Shown here piece by piece: positions 22,279 through 33,212 of a DNA stretch of 36,562 nucleotides. The position numbers and the translations under genes were made by a program. Position 1 is the stretch's first letter. Each line of letters starts with the position of its first letter. The notes under the pieces were generated by a model. The model searched no databases. It had not been told where the DNA came from and saw only the letters and a program-made list of their open reading frames with translations. The stretch comes from Octopus sinensis. Its lineage: Eukaryota. The stretch covers positions 1 to 36,562 of the forward strand of contig NW_021824674.1 of the NCBI RefSeq assembly GCF_006345805.1, in the 5' to 3' direction.

Positions 22279-22485
22279 GTGATTACCGCCCGTTGATAAG
22301 AGACAATAATCTCGAAACCGCGGTCCGGTGCGTATCACTTAGGCTTACGAGAATGGGATGGCCTCCCTTTGCAAATACCTTAAGAGCACAGAAATTGTGT
22401 CTAAAGCCAGCTGGAGACGATGATCTCCTGGGGCTAAAAAGCTACAGTAATACCCACCCCTAGTGGTTAGCCATATTGAGATGGC
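22279..22485 (+). mobile_element. Diverged solo copy of the retrozyme unit, with a U3-A8 variant hammerhead (22279-22338)
   Basis: Aligns by eye to the array unit (tccctttgcaaatac, ccagctggag, ctcctggggctaaaaa, ttagccatattga-atggc). HHR: TTGATAA 22293-22299, gaga-caataa-tctc 22300-22313, GAAA 22314-22317, ccgcgg, TC with cleavage after 22325, outer helix gtgat/atcac. Confidence 0.8.
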
Positions 22486-22841
22486 TAGTATACTTTACAT
22501 TGTCGAGCGCTTACTGTTTACATCTCGTTCTGAGATTTAATAATATTATTATGGTTTTCTGTTCAATATTTACTCAATGTATGCTTAATATGTATCATTA
22601 TCCTTCATTTCCTGAAGAAAAAAAATGTCTAGATGGGCTACTTTCATGCAAAAACTATTAACGTGTCTCACCTAAAAACTGAAGAATCTGAAATAAAAAA
22701 AATGAAAGGATGTTACACCGTATAATGGAAACATTAAAATGGTGTTGCCATCGTGTGCAAACTAGCTGGGAAACGTTTTATCAAAATCGATTAACAGAAA
22801 ATCGAGAAATCCTAAATTTCACTTCTAAGCTAATAGCGTAG

Positions 22842-22898
<57 letters not shown>

Positions 22899-23046
22899 CC
22901 TGCTCGCTTAGCCAGCGGGGCGACGTCATTCGAAGGCTAAAACAATGCGAACGCATTGTGACCAGCGATGTGTAACAACATCTGATGGTCTGGTCGATCA
23001 CGTGATCACGTGATATATATATATATATATATATTTATTTATTTAT

Positions 23047-23080
<34 letters not shown>

Positions 23081-23081
<1 letters not shown>

Positions 23082-23593
23082 GAGGCGCGTGGCTTAGTGG
23101 TTAGGGTGTCAGCACATCATGAACGTAAGATTGTGGTTTCGATTCCTGGACAGGGCGACGCGTTCCGTTCTCGAGCAAAGCACTTCATTTCACTTTGCTC
23201 CAGTCCACTCAGCTGGCAAAAATGAGTAACGCTGCGATGGACTGGCGTGCCGTCCAGCTGGGGAACACATACGCCATTGAAACCGGGAAACCGGGCCCAT
23301 GAGCCTCGCTACGCTTTAAAAGAGCGCAATTATTTTTGTGGAAGCGCATGGCTTAGTGGTTAGGGTGTCAGCACCATGATAGTAAGATTGTGGTTTCGAT
23401 TCCTGGACCGGGCGAGGCGTTGTGTTCTCGAACAAAACACTTCATTTCACGTTGCTCCAGTCCACTCAGCTGGCAAAAATGAGTAACGCTGCGATGGACC
23501 GGCGTCCCGTCCAGCTGGGGAACACATACGCATAGAAACCGGGAAACCGGGCCCATGAGCCTGGCTACGCCTTAAAAGGGCGCATTTATTTTT
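23081..23593 (+). mobile_element. Head-to-tail dimer of SINE-D (period ~259)
   Basis: A box tggcttagtggttag and B box ggtttcgattcc in each copy; shared tail aaaccgggcccatgagcc... Confidence 0.88.
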
Positions 23594-24017
23594 ATTATAT
23601 ATATATATCTATATATTTATATATAGAGGGCATTAATATGTTCAATAAGAAATAATTATTTTCGAAATTTATTCTCTTATGAGGTTTTCACGCTATCTAC
23701 CTGACAATTTCTTGTTAAGTTTTCCTTATTAAGTAGTTGTCCTTAATTGCTATATATCTATATATATATACTAGCAAACGCCTCCTCCCCACCGCACATT
23801 GGACTGTTTGTATAAGTGAAGAGGGTTAACTTGGATGGTGTTAAGCTGTGCAAATGTTTGGTGATTGTATGGGGCTGAAAATTCCTGAGACTTTAAAACT
23901 GTTGACTGTTTCTTCTAAATAAGGAAAATTGATTGATAGTGAATCTTAACACTGTGAACCTTTTCAAAATTGTCTTGAGGCCAATAAAATGAAAAAAAGG
24001 CTGTTCAGCCCACATAT

Positions 24018-24432
24018 TCTCTTTTACTCTTTGTTACTTGTTTCAGTCATCTGACTGCGGCCATGCTGGAGCACCGCCTTTAATCGAGCAAATCGACCCC
24101 GAGACTTATTCTTTTGTAAGCCCAGTACTTATTCTATCGGTCCCTTTTGCCGAACCGCTAGGTAACGGGGACATAAACACACCAGTATCGGTTGTCAAGC
24201 AATGCTAGGGGGACAAACACAGACACACAAACACACACACGCATATATATATATATATACATATATACGAAGGGCTTCTTTCAGTTTCCGTCTACCAAAT
24301 CCACTCACAAGGCATTGGTCGGCCCGGGGCTTTAGCAGAAGACACTTGCCGAAGGTGCCACGCAGTGGGACTGAACCCGGGACCATGTGGTTGGTAAACA
24401 AGCTACTTACCATACAGCCACTCCTGCGCCTA
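24018..24432 (-). mobile_element. SINE-A, full length
   Basis: Consensus tail, body and head on the minus strand. Confidence 0.9.
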
Positions 24433-25655
24433 TATACAACTTCCAGTGGAATCGGAGATCTTAATTAAACTTAAACTTGTTGCACTCAAGCACTTTCACA
24501 CTAGGATAAGCACAATGTACTCTTCCATAGTACATACCTCATGTTGACATTTATACGTCAAACCGAACGCTGTTTTATCTCCAAAGTGAATATTGCAAGT
24601 GATGTTTAAGCAATAAACAGTTCTTTGGCTTTTTTGCATTCGACGACTGCTGCTTTACGTATTTAATTTCGATTTTTCACTGGCGTTGTGGTAAGAACTA
24701 CGGGATAAGTAACGTTAAGTTTCGAATAAAAATATAAATGAAAGTTTTAATCACCCATTGGACAGGCAAACAGAAACTGCTACTCAATAAAGGCGCAAAA
24801 ATGCTTCGGGAAATCCCTCTTCTCTCAAAAGCAGACACAAAAAACTCGGGAGTTAAATAATAAAATGTGCAATAAATTAACATAAGGCATGTTCTTTGCA
24901 AATCAATTTTATCACAAAAATTGAACAATACTGCATATTCTTTTTAAGTTGGATGAGAAACGTTAGGTAAGGTTTTAGATGTAACCCATCAAATTTTTCT
25001 TGTTTTATAAGCAATCAGTTAGTCTTTTCTACTTTCAATTGAATTTTGTTGAGAATATCTTCAGAACATTGAGAAATCCCCAGTTATTTATTTGCTTTAT
25101 TTTTTCACTTTTTTGCTCCCATGAAGTAACTGCCTTTTCTTAGTAGTTTTTCATGTCAGCTGGTTTATTGCACGGAAAACAGCCATAAGAACACATTTGA
25201 GCGCGAATGCACGTGGTTGGTTACGGTTAGTAAAAGTTAGAGTGATATCGATTTTTTTAGACGCTTACAAACGTGTGAAAACGCAGAAATGAATACAGTT
25301 GTTCGTGGTCCAATATTTAAATCAAAATGCGACTGTATTTACAAATAGCAAGCTTTATTTACATATATCTGTCATTGAAATGTGAAAACGTAGAAATCAA
25401 TTGTTTACGACTTCGGTTAATGAACAGGATAGCGGAAGAAACTGGACAAAAGATTACAAAAATAGCAATTCCATCTCACTATGGCCGTGTCCAACCCGCA
25501 GCTTCCTTTCTTTGTAAGGCCCTTGTGGTCAAGTGAATGAATAAAAGAGAAGAAGGTAATGAGAAGGAATGAGAGATGATGAGAAGGCAAGAAGGTTAAG
25601 CTGGCGTGAATGTAGCTGACACAACAACACTAATTCGGGGGAGGTACGGCCACAG

Positions 25656-26094
25656 TATGATATGATATGATGGCAATCCCTCAAGGTCGAGGATGATGGT
25701 CTTCGGGCAAATTTACTGGTGAGTCCGTAGGTGACTGATGAGACCAATTCTTGCTTGAAAAGATCGGTCGCAGTGCGGACATCTAGTGCCGGAAGGGAGA
25801 GTCGCACGTGGTTGTTGTCGGCGCTCCTTCCGTCGTCGTCTTTTCTCCTCCAGCTCTGCAGACCTTTCCGACTCGAAAGTCGCCGTTCCCTCATGGATGG
25901 TGGTTTTCCAGAGTGGTCTGTTTTTTTGCCGTTTCCTCCCAGTTAGTGAAGTCGATGTCACACTTTTTGAGGTTCGTTTTCAGGGAGTCCTTGTAGCGTT
26001 TCTTCTGGCCTCCTTTTTGTACGCTTGCCGTCTTTGAGTTGGGAGTAGAAGATCTGTTTGGGAAGTCGTTCGTCAGTCATTCTAACCACGTGGC
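25656..26094 (-). mobile_element. 5'-truncated RTE/BovB-clade LINE 3' end
   Basis: HVVRMTDERLPKQIFYSQLKDGKR, then (frameshifted) YKDSLKTNLKKCDIDFTNW, RPLWKTTIHEG...CPHCDRSFQARIGLISHLRTH, typical of the RTE C-terminus. Short 3' UTR and (atcat)n tail at 25656-25671. Flanking repeat acagtat at 25652-25658 and 26096-26102. Confidence 0.88.
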
Positions 26095-27014
26095 AACAGT
26101 ATAGGTAGAAGAGGGAAAATGAGATGGTAGCACATCCGCGGAACATTGGTTTATGTGTGTCAGTGGATGACCCTATGAAGTTCAGCTGCCGAGCATTTGT
26201 CTGTATGCAGTTTAGGATTATCTGTATGTCCAGACGAAACACGTAACAACAAATAAACTTGTTATACCTGTTCAGTTTATCAACTTATTAGATGATTAAT
26301 AATAGCTCTATACGTGTCTGGTTTAACTTCGTGTGTGTGTGAGGCGCGTGTACATACGTATGTACATACAGAGGTACATACACAAATGCTAACACTCACG
26401 TACCCACATACACATATACACACACACACATACAATCTTTATTCTCCCGTTTTAATATCTTATTTGGATTCATGTGTACTTTTACATCTAATGAGCATTT
26501 TGGTAGCACCGCTTCTGACTATTTTCTTTCGATTCAAGATCATGCAGCCTTTGTGGTTGCTTGACGTGATGAAAACAGAGCTCAAATCGCCCTAAAAAAA
26601 TGGCCGAGATTGCATCATTCGTTGTTTTTTTTTTATTTTCCTCTTTTTCTCCCTCTTCTCCCCCTCCTTAATTCCTTTGTCCCTCTTTTCCTCTCTCTTC
26701 TCTTTTCACGTGACCGCTGACCGACTACTGGCCTTTTTGGGTTTGGCAGTGGTCGCTGTAACCTCCAGTTTATGCCTGACCTTTACTCAAACAAACCTGA
26801 GGTGAATCAGAACCTGAGCACCACAAATAGAATAAATCTTGAGAAAACAATCTGCATCTTCCGAAAGTTATACAGAATCCTTCATTTGCTTCTTCGAATG
26901 TCAAATACTTGTGCACCATGACTGATTAAAAGTGAGCTTCATCGAGGCTGATCTGCAGCAATTTCATAAAAGCAGAATGATACTTTCTTATAAAGTAATG
27001 CAATAAAGTAATGT

Positions 27015-27189
27015 AATAGGCACAGGAGTGGCTGTGTGGTAAGTAGCTTGCTTACCAACCACATGGTTCCGGGTTCAGTCTCACTGCGTGGAACCTTCGG
27101 AAAGTGTTTTCTACTATAGCCTCGGGCCGACCAAAGCCTTGTGAGTGGATTTGGTAGAAACTGAAAGAAGTTGGTCATATGTATGTATG

Positions 27190-27234
<45 letters not shown>

Positions 27235-27472
27235 GTGTGTGCGTGTGTATGTATGTATGTGTGTATATGTTTGTGTGTCTGTGTTTGTCCCCCCAACGTC
27301 GCTTGACAACCGATGCTGGTGTGTTTACGTCCCCGAAATTTAGCGGTTCGGCATAAGAGACCAATAAAATAAGTACTAGGCTTACAAAGAATAAGTCGTG
27401 GGGTCGATTTGCTCGACTAAGGGCGGAGCTGCAGCATGGCCGCAGTCAAATGACTGAAACAAGTAAAAGAGT
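27015..27472 (+). mobile_element. SINE-A, full length
   Basis: Consensus head, TG microsatellite and taaaagag tail. Confidence 0.9.
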
Positions 27473-27591
27473 AATAGGTAATGTGGAAAGAGTAAACGAG
27501 TAGTCTTAGTTACAAAAATGGCCTGGCTATGACAGGAATCCTTTTAACTAGAAAAAAGATGGCCTTGGGCTCAATAGCAACAGCAACAGCA

Positions 27592-27995
27592 GTGGAGACG
27601 CAATGGCCCGGTGGTTAGGGCAGCGGACTCGCGGCCGGAGGATCGCGGTTTCGATTCCCAGACCGGGCGTTTGTGTGTTTATTGAGCGAAAACACCTAAA
27701 GCTCCACGAGGCTCCGGCAGGGGATGGTGGTGACCCCTGTTGTACTCTTTCGCTCCGACTTTCTCTCACTCTTTCTTCCTGTTTCTTGTCCCCGACTTCC
27801 TACGCAACCGCTGAGCCTGGATGCGCATTCATCCATCCGTCGATGCTCTCGGTGTCGGGGGTTGACCTGCTTTCTCTTCTGCGGGTCTTACGAATAGCAA
27901 AGGACCACGTTTCGTATTTCTCCCACTACAGACAATCCTGAGGCGCGATCTTGCGAGCTCTGGGACGAAGACTGCTTCGCTCAACAAACAAACAA
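27592..27995 (+). mobile_element. SINE-E (tRNA head, (caaa)n tail) with a 12-bp TSD
   Basis: A box tggcccggtggttag, B box ggtttcgattccc. TSD acagcaacagca at 27580-27591 and 27996-28007. Confidence 0.8.
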
Positions 27996-28326
27996 ACAGC
28001 AACAGCATGAGACAACTATAGAATCTCTATGCGGTTGCTCATCCTCCTAGACATCGCAGCCAAGACAACCTTCAAATCATAGATTGAGGACATTGGGTAA
28101 CAATATAGTTAGTGAGGTACGAAATGGGAGATCCTTGGTCTGCTTGGTCGCAGTTGACATGGAACGAAAGAGCAACGACAGCAAGAACAACATTTGTATA
28201 TTGGGAAAAATTAAGAGAAAATTAAACTGATTAAGACTAATTAACAAAAATACACATCCGGATTGTTTAATTTATACTTTCTTTATATGTTTGTATGTGG
28301 GTAGGAGTATTTGCGTGTGTGTATGT

Positions 28327-28753
28327 GTGTGTATATGTATGTATACTCTTTTACTCTTTTACTTGTTTCAGTCATTTGACTGCGGCCATGCTGAAGCACC
28401 GCCTTTAGTCGAGCAACTCGACCCCGGGACTTATTCTTTTGTAAGCCCAGTACTTATTCTATCGGTCTCTTTTTGCCGAACCGCTAAGTGACGGCGACGT
28501 AAACACACCAGCATCGGTTGTCAAGCAATGCTAGGGGGACAAACACAGACACACAAACATATACAGACACATACATATATATACATATATACAACAGGCT
28601 TCTTTCAGTTTCCGTCTACCAAATCCACTCACAAGGCATTGGTCGGCCCGGGGCTATAGCAGAAGACACTTACCCAAGGTGCCACGCAGTGGGACTGAAC
28701 CCGCAACCATGTGGTTGGTTAGCAAGCTACTTACCACACAGCCACTCCTGCGC
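28327..28753 (-). mobile_element. SINE-A, full length
   Basis: Consensus match to the other copies. Confidence 0.9.
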
Positions 28754-28834
28754 CTGTATGTATGTATGTGTGTATGTATGTATGTATGTATGTATGTATG
28801 TATGTATGTATGTATGTATGTATGTATGTGTGTG

Positions 28835-28869
<35 letters not shown>

Positions 28870-28870
28870 G

Positions 28871-29410
28871 TGAAGTTGCGTGGCTTAGTGGTTAGGGCAT
28901 TCGGCTCACGATTGTAAGGTCGTGAGTTCAATTCTCGGCGACGCGTTGTGTCCTTGAGCAAGGCACTTTATTTTCACGTTGCTCCAGTTCACTCAGCTGG
29001 CAAAGGGTCAGTCTTGTCACACTCTGTGTCACGCTGAATCTCCCTGACTACTACGTTAGGGGTACACGTGTCTGTGGACTGCTCAGCCACTTGCACGTTT
29101 ATTTCACGAGTAGGCTGTTCCGTTGATCGTATCAGCTGGGACCCTCATCGTCATAACCTATTTTTTACTACCCACAAGGGGCTAAACTCAGAGAGGACAA
29201 ACAAGGATAGACGAACGGATTAAGTCGATTATATCGACCCCAGTGCTTAACTGGTACTTATTTAATCGACCCCGAAAGGATGAAAGCAGAGTCAACCTCG
29301 GCGGAATTTGAACTCAGAACGTAACGACAGACGAAATACCGCAAAGCATTTCGCCCGGCATGCTAACGTTTCTGCCAGCTCGCCGCCTTATAAACGACGG
29401 AGTGCTCCTT
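28871..29410 (+). mobile_element. SINE-D head with an alternative tail, interrupted near its 3' end by SINE-B (29158-29388, -)
   Basis: The tail matches 32918-33095 (-). The terminal ...cgacggagtgct resumes after the SINE-B insertion. Confidence 0.75.
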
Positions 29411-29623
29411 TTTCTTGTATGTATGTATGTATGTATGTATGTATGTATGTATGTATGTATGTATGTATGTATGAAGTTAAATAAGAACTAGATGCTCTCA
29501 TTTGCTCTACCTGTTAATTCTTGCTTCACGCACCTGAAAACTTCTGCTTTACATAACTGTAATCCCCACTATAGCAGGTATACTAATCGGTTTTCTTATT
29601 CTTTATCATTAGTGTTGCCTTTC

Positions 29624-29666
<43 letters not shown>

Positions 29667-29668
29667 AG

Positions 29669-29702
<34 letters not shown>

Positions 29703-29804
29703 TATGATGCAAATAGATAAATGAAATTGCTTGAGTTACATGTACAAAATATGTATACATGTAGGATAAATATTCAAGTATGAATATATAGAAACTCTCT
29801 CTCT

Positions 29805-29846
<42 letters not shown>

Positions 29847-29889
29847 ATATATATATATATAGGGAGAGAGAGAGTGAGAGAGAGATACA

Positions 29890-30022
29890 TATGACAGGCT
29901 TCCTTCAGTTTCCGTCAACCAAATTCACTCACAAGGCTTTGGTTGGTCTGGTGTTATAGGAGGAGACTCTTACCTATGGTGCGACGCAGTGGAACTGAAG
30001 CAAGCATCTTACCTCACAGGGC
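29890..30022 (-). mobile_element. SINE-A fragment
   Basis: cttcagtttccgtcaaccaaattcactcacaaggctttggttgg... Confidence 0.75.
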
Positions 30023-30413
30023 ATACAAGTCACCTAGATGTTAATTTCCGCTCATCGCCGAGACCGACGGAGAATCCATCATTTCATCAATATAAATAAA
30101 CCAGGATAAGTAATTCAGCTAACGAACCGTTTGATGTTTTCGAACACAAATCCCTGTTTGTATACGTTTAATATCATTACATTTAAATTGAGCTGTAAAT
30201 CCCATCAATGTACAGTTTCAGCATATCAATTGGGATTTCACTTTAATTCCCTTTTAACGAATAGGAAACTAGAATAGAATGGTAAATCTGTGTATTATAA
30301 ATCTCTGTGTAGATACACAAAACGAATATGGTAAATCAACAAACACGTGAGAGGGTCATAAAGGGACCGCATAAGTACAATTAATGCGTGAATTTGTAAA
30401 TATATTTACATAT

Positions 30414-30585
30414 AGGCGCAGGAGTGGCTGTATGGTAAGTAGCTTGTTTACCAACCACATGGTTCCGGGTTCAGTCCCACTGCGTGGTACCTTGGGTAAG
30501 TGTCTTCTGCTATAGCCTCGGGCCGACCAAAGCCTTGTGACTGGATTTGGCAGACGGAAACTGAAAGAAGCCTGTCGTATATATG

Positions 30586-30617
<32 letters not shown>

Positions 30618-30828
30618 CTTGTGTGTCTGTGTTTGTCCCCCTAGCATTGCTTGACAACCGATGCTGGTGTGTTTACGTCCCCGTCACTTAGCGGTTCGGC
30701 AAAAGAGACCGATAGAAAAAGTACTGGGCTTACAAAGAATAAGTCCCGGGGTCGAGTTGCTCGACTAAAGGAGGTGCCCCAGCATGGCCGCAGTCGAATG
30801 ACTGAAACAAGTAAAAGAGTAAAAAGAG
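30414..30828 (+). mobile_element. SINE-A, full length
   Basis: Consensus head to tail. Confidence 0.9.
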
Positions 30829-30844
30829 AGAGAATAGTTCTATA

Positions 30845-31079
30845 TTTAAGAGATGAAAAATTACGTACATTAATTGCATCATTTATATTTGACGGATATC
30901 TGTCCTCATCTTGTTTGTTCTTAACACAACGTTTCGGCCGATATACCTTCCAGCCTTCATTAGGTGTCTTGGGGAAATTTCGAACCTGGGTTCTCATTTC
31001 TTAGAAAGGTATTCGATGTTGTTATTATTATTATTATTATTATCATCATCATCATCATTTTTATAATAATAATAATAAT

Positions 31080-31150
<71 letters not shown>

Positions 31151-31230
31151 ATTATTATTATTAATATTCAGGTCACTGCCTGGAATCGAACTCGGTATCT
31201 GCGCTCTTAACCATTGCGCCTTATGCCCAT
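30845..31230 (-). mobile_element. tRNA-headed element with an (AAT)n tract and a hammerhead-bearing 3' body
   Basis: Minus strand: A box ggcgcaatggttaag (31220-31207), B box gagttcgattcc (31193-31182), (aat)n, then a body with the HHR motif at 30968-30923. Confidence 0.6.
30923..30968 (-). ncRNA. Minimal (Penelope-type) hammerhead motif with a G5A core mutation
   Basis: Minus strand: gacac-CTAATGA-a-ggctg gaaggtatat cggcc-GAAA-cgtT-gtgtt. Helices I and II pair, aacgtt is palindromic, and the core is CTAATGA instead of CTGATGA. Confidence 0.65.
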
Positions 31231-31908
31231 ATTTTGTCGTACTGGGTTTTAACAAAACCCTCCCAGATATATATACATACATATGTATATATATATATAT
31301 ACATTATTTGCCTTTCTTACTTTGCAATTCACTTTGTCCCTGTCTCTCCCTTCTTCTCTCTCTCTCTTCTCCCCTCCTTCATTCTCTTGTTTCTCTTTTT
31401 CTCTCTCTTCTGCCCCCTCCTTAATTCCTTTGTCCCTCTTTTCCTTTCTCTTCTCTTCTCACGTGACCGCTGGCCGATTACTGGCTTTTTGGGGTTTGGC
31501 AGCGGTCGATGCAACATCAACTGTTTTCCTTTGCCGTAAGGCTTAATTCTTAACACGCCAGCTGAATTCAATTAGTTTCAAGTCGAAAGACGCCTGTTGT
31601 GATGTCCTGTTATTATTATTATTATTGTTTGTTTGTATTATTTTTGTATGTATATTCGTGTAACATCGTCCGTTTTTCCGTCCTTGTTTCGTATACATTC
31701 GAAGCTTTTTTCCAAGGAATCTAATGCTCTTAGCTTAGTTTTTCCTTGGGGCTGGCCAGATTGGAGCAATCTCAAGATTAATCAGTCGAAATTGTGTCGA
31801 TGGATGGATGGATGGATGGAAGGGAGGAAGGAAGGAAGGAAAGTGGTTAGGAATCTATATGAATTATAGTTTAAAAAAGTAAATAATGTTGGAAAAGGTT
31901 CAGAAAAG

Positions 31909-32063
31909 GTTTAATAATATATTACCGGTTTCGATGTATCCATCTTTTCAAATATTAGAAATATTAGAAAGATTGATCCCCCCTCCAAAAATAAAAAATT
32001 CTTTTTAATATTTCTAATATTTGATAAGATGGATACATCGAAACCGGTTATATTTTATTAAAC
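31909..32063. repeat. 64-bp inverted repeat (27-bp spacer), each arm carrying a minimal hammerhead-like motif
   Basis: Arms 31909-31972 and 32000-32063 are reverse complements with about 4 mismatches. Right arm (+): aatat-TTGATAA-gatg gata catc-GAAA-ccggtT-atatt (32016-32054). Left arm (-): aatat-TTGAAAA-gatg gata catc-GAAA-ccggtA-atat (31956-31919). Confidence 0.75.
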
Positions 32064-32917
32064 ATTCTCTAAACTATACTTCTGGGCTTTTTCAACTTTT
32101 TTAAAACTCTGTGTGTGTGTGTGTGTGTGTGTACTTGCACGTGCTTGTGCATGTTAATAGTTTAGATACTGTGCCTATCTTAATACATCCATAATCACAC
32201 ACTTTTTCCTGCAGCAATTCACGAATTTACAATATTGAATTTTGCTAGAAAATACATCAAATACTTCACGGATGATGGCGGTGTAAATTTTCAAAGGAAA
32301 AACCCACCATATTAACTGCTGCTTAATGTTTGTCAAATTAAGAATGTTTATCGTTCAGGACATCACTAACTTTGTTTAATTGGTGATTAATTATATCGGT
32401 CTGACATTTGGTGTTTGGCTGGCTGTTGATAAAGATCCTTAATGTGGTGAAATCACATGATACAACAATACTATCCGTCTGGTTCTGACAAAACATCGTC
32501 AACCGATAATCTGGGCATTTGAGTATCTGACGTCTAAATGAGATGATTTCTCGGGACGTTTATACTACAGTGCTACAATAGAACTAAATATTAATTAGCA
32601 CTGCCGGCTCAGGTTTGATGTACTAATGGATATATATTTCTGTTGAAGCAGTTAACCAATATTACTTTTTATGATTTAGTTTCCACAAGTTAATTTAGAT
32701 TTGACAATATTCCCTTTGTAGTGGTTAATAAGCGAGAGCTGAACAGTCAATGTGTATAGGTACACGAAGAATACGTGAATTTCCCGGCGTGTATAAACTC
32801 CAAAACGAATAGACGTGTGCATGCGTGCAAGTGTGTGTGTGTGTGTGTGTTGGGTGTGTCTTTGTGTCTGTTAGGTGTGTGTGTGTAAATATGTGTGTGT
32901 GTTTAAAGACGTACGTG

Positions 32918-33095
32918 GAGTGGAAGCACTCCGTCGGTTACGACGACGAGGGTTCCGGTTGATCCGATCAACGGAACAGCCTGCTCGTGAAATTAACGTG
33001 TAAGTGGCTGAGCACTCCACAGACACGTGTACCCTTAACGTAGTTCTCGGGGATATTCAGCGTGACACAGGGAGTGACAAGGCCGGCCCTTTGAA
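32918..33095 (-). mobile_element. SINE tail fragment homologous to 28990-29155
   Basis: Shared gatcaacggaacagcctgctcgtgaaattaacgtg...agacacgtgtaccc. Confidence 0.75.
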
Positions 33096-33165
33096 AGACG
33101 TACGTAGTACATATATAAACATGGTAGAGTTAACTATTTCTCTGTATACTAAAAAAAATAATAAA

Positions 33166-33212
33166 CAGCCTTAACCGATTTTCGAAACTTATTGAGCTCT
33201 CATCAGAGTCTA
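33166..33212 (-). ncRNA. Decayed hammerhead-like motif
   Basis: Minus strand: tagact-CTGATGA-gagct caata agtttc-GAAA-atcggtta-aggctg. Core intact, helices II and III partly disrupted. Confidence 0.35.

Larger units (their letters stand above)
20780..22850 (+). mobile_element. Tc1/mariner-type DNA transposon with ~190-bp IR/DR-type terminal inverted repeats
   Basis: 20785-20972 is an imperfect reverse complement of 22655-22845. Each TIR has a ~16-bp direct repeat at both ends (agaaccacgctaatag / tgaaccacgctaagag). TA precedes the left end. Inactive transposase inside. Confidence 0.75.

Noticed and set aside
23081-23160. tRNA genes at SINE heads (also 27592, 28871, 14271)
   Set aside because: A and B boxes are present, but there is no complete cloverleaf, and each head runs into a SINE body and tail.
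25713-25961. C2H2 zinc-finger host gene
   Set aside because: The CxxC...HxxxH motif is the C-terminus of an RTE LINE ORF, with upstream RTE motifs, frameshifts and a repeat tail.
2007-30997. Recurrent ORFs such as MTTDAGVFTSP... and ...KVPRSGTEPGTMWLVSKLL
   Set aside because: Incidental frames through SINE-A copies; they recur only because the SINE does.
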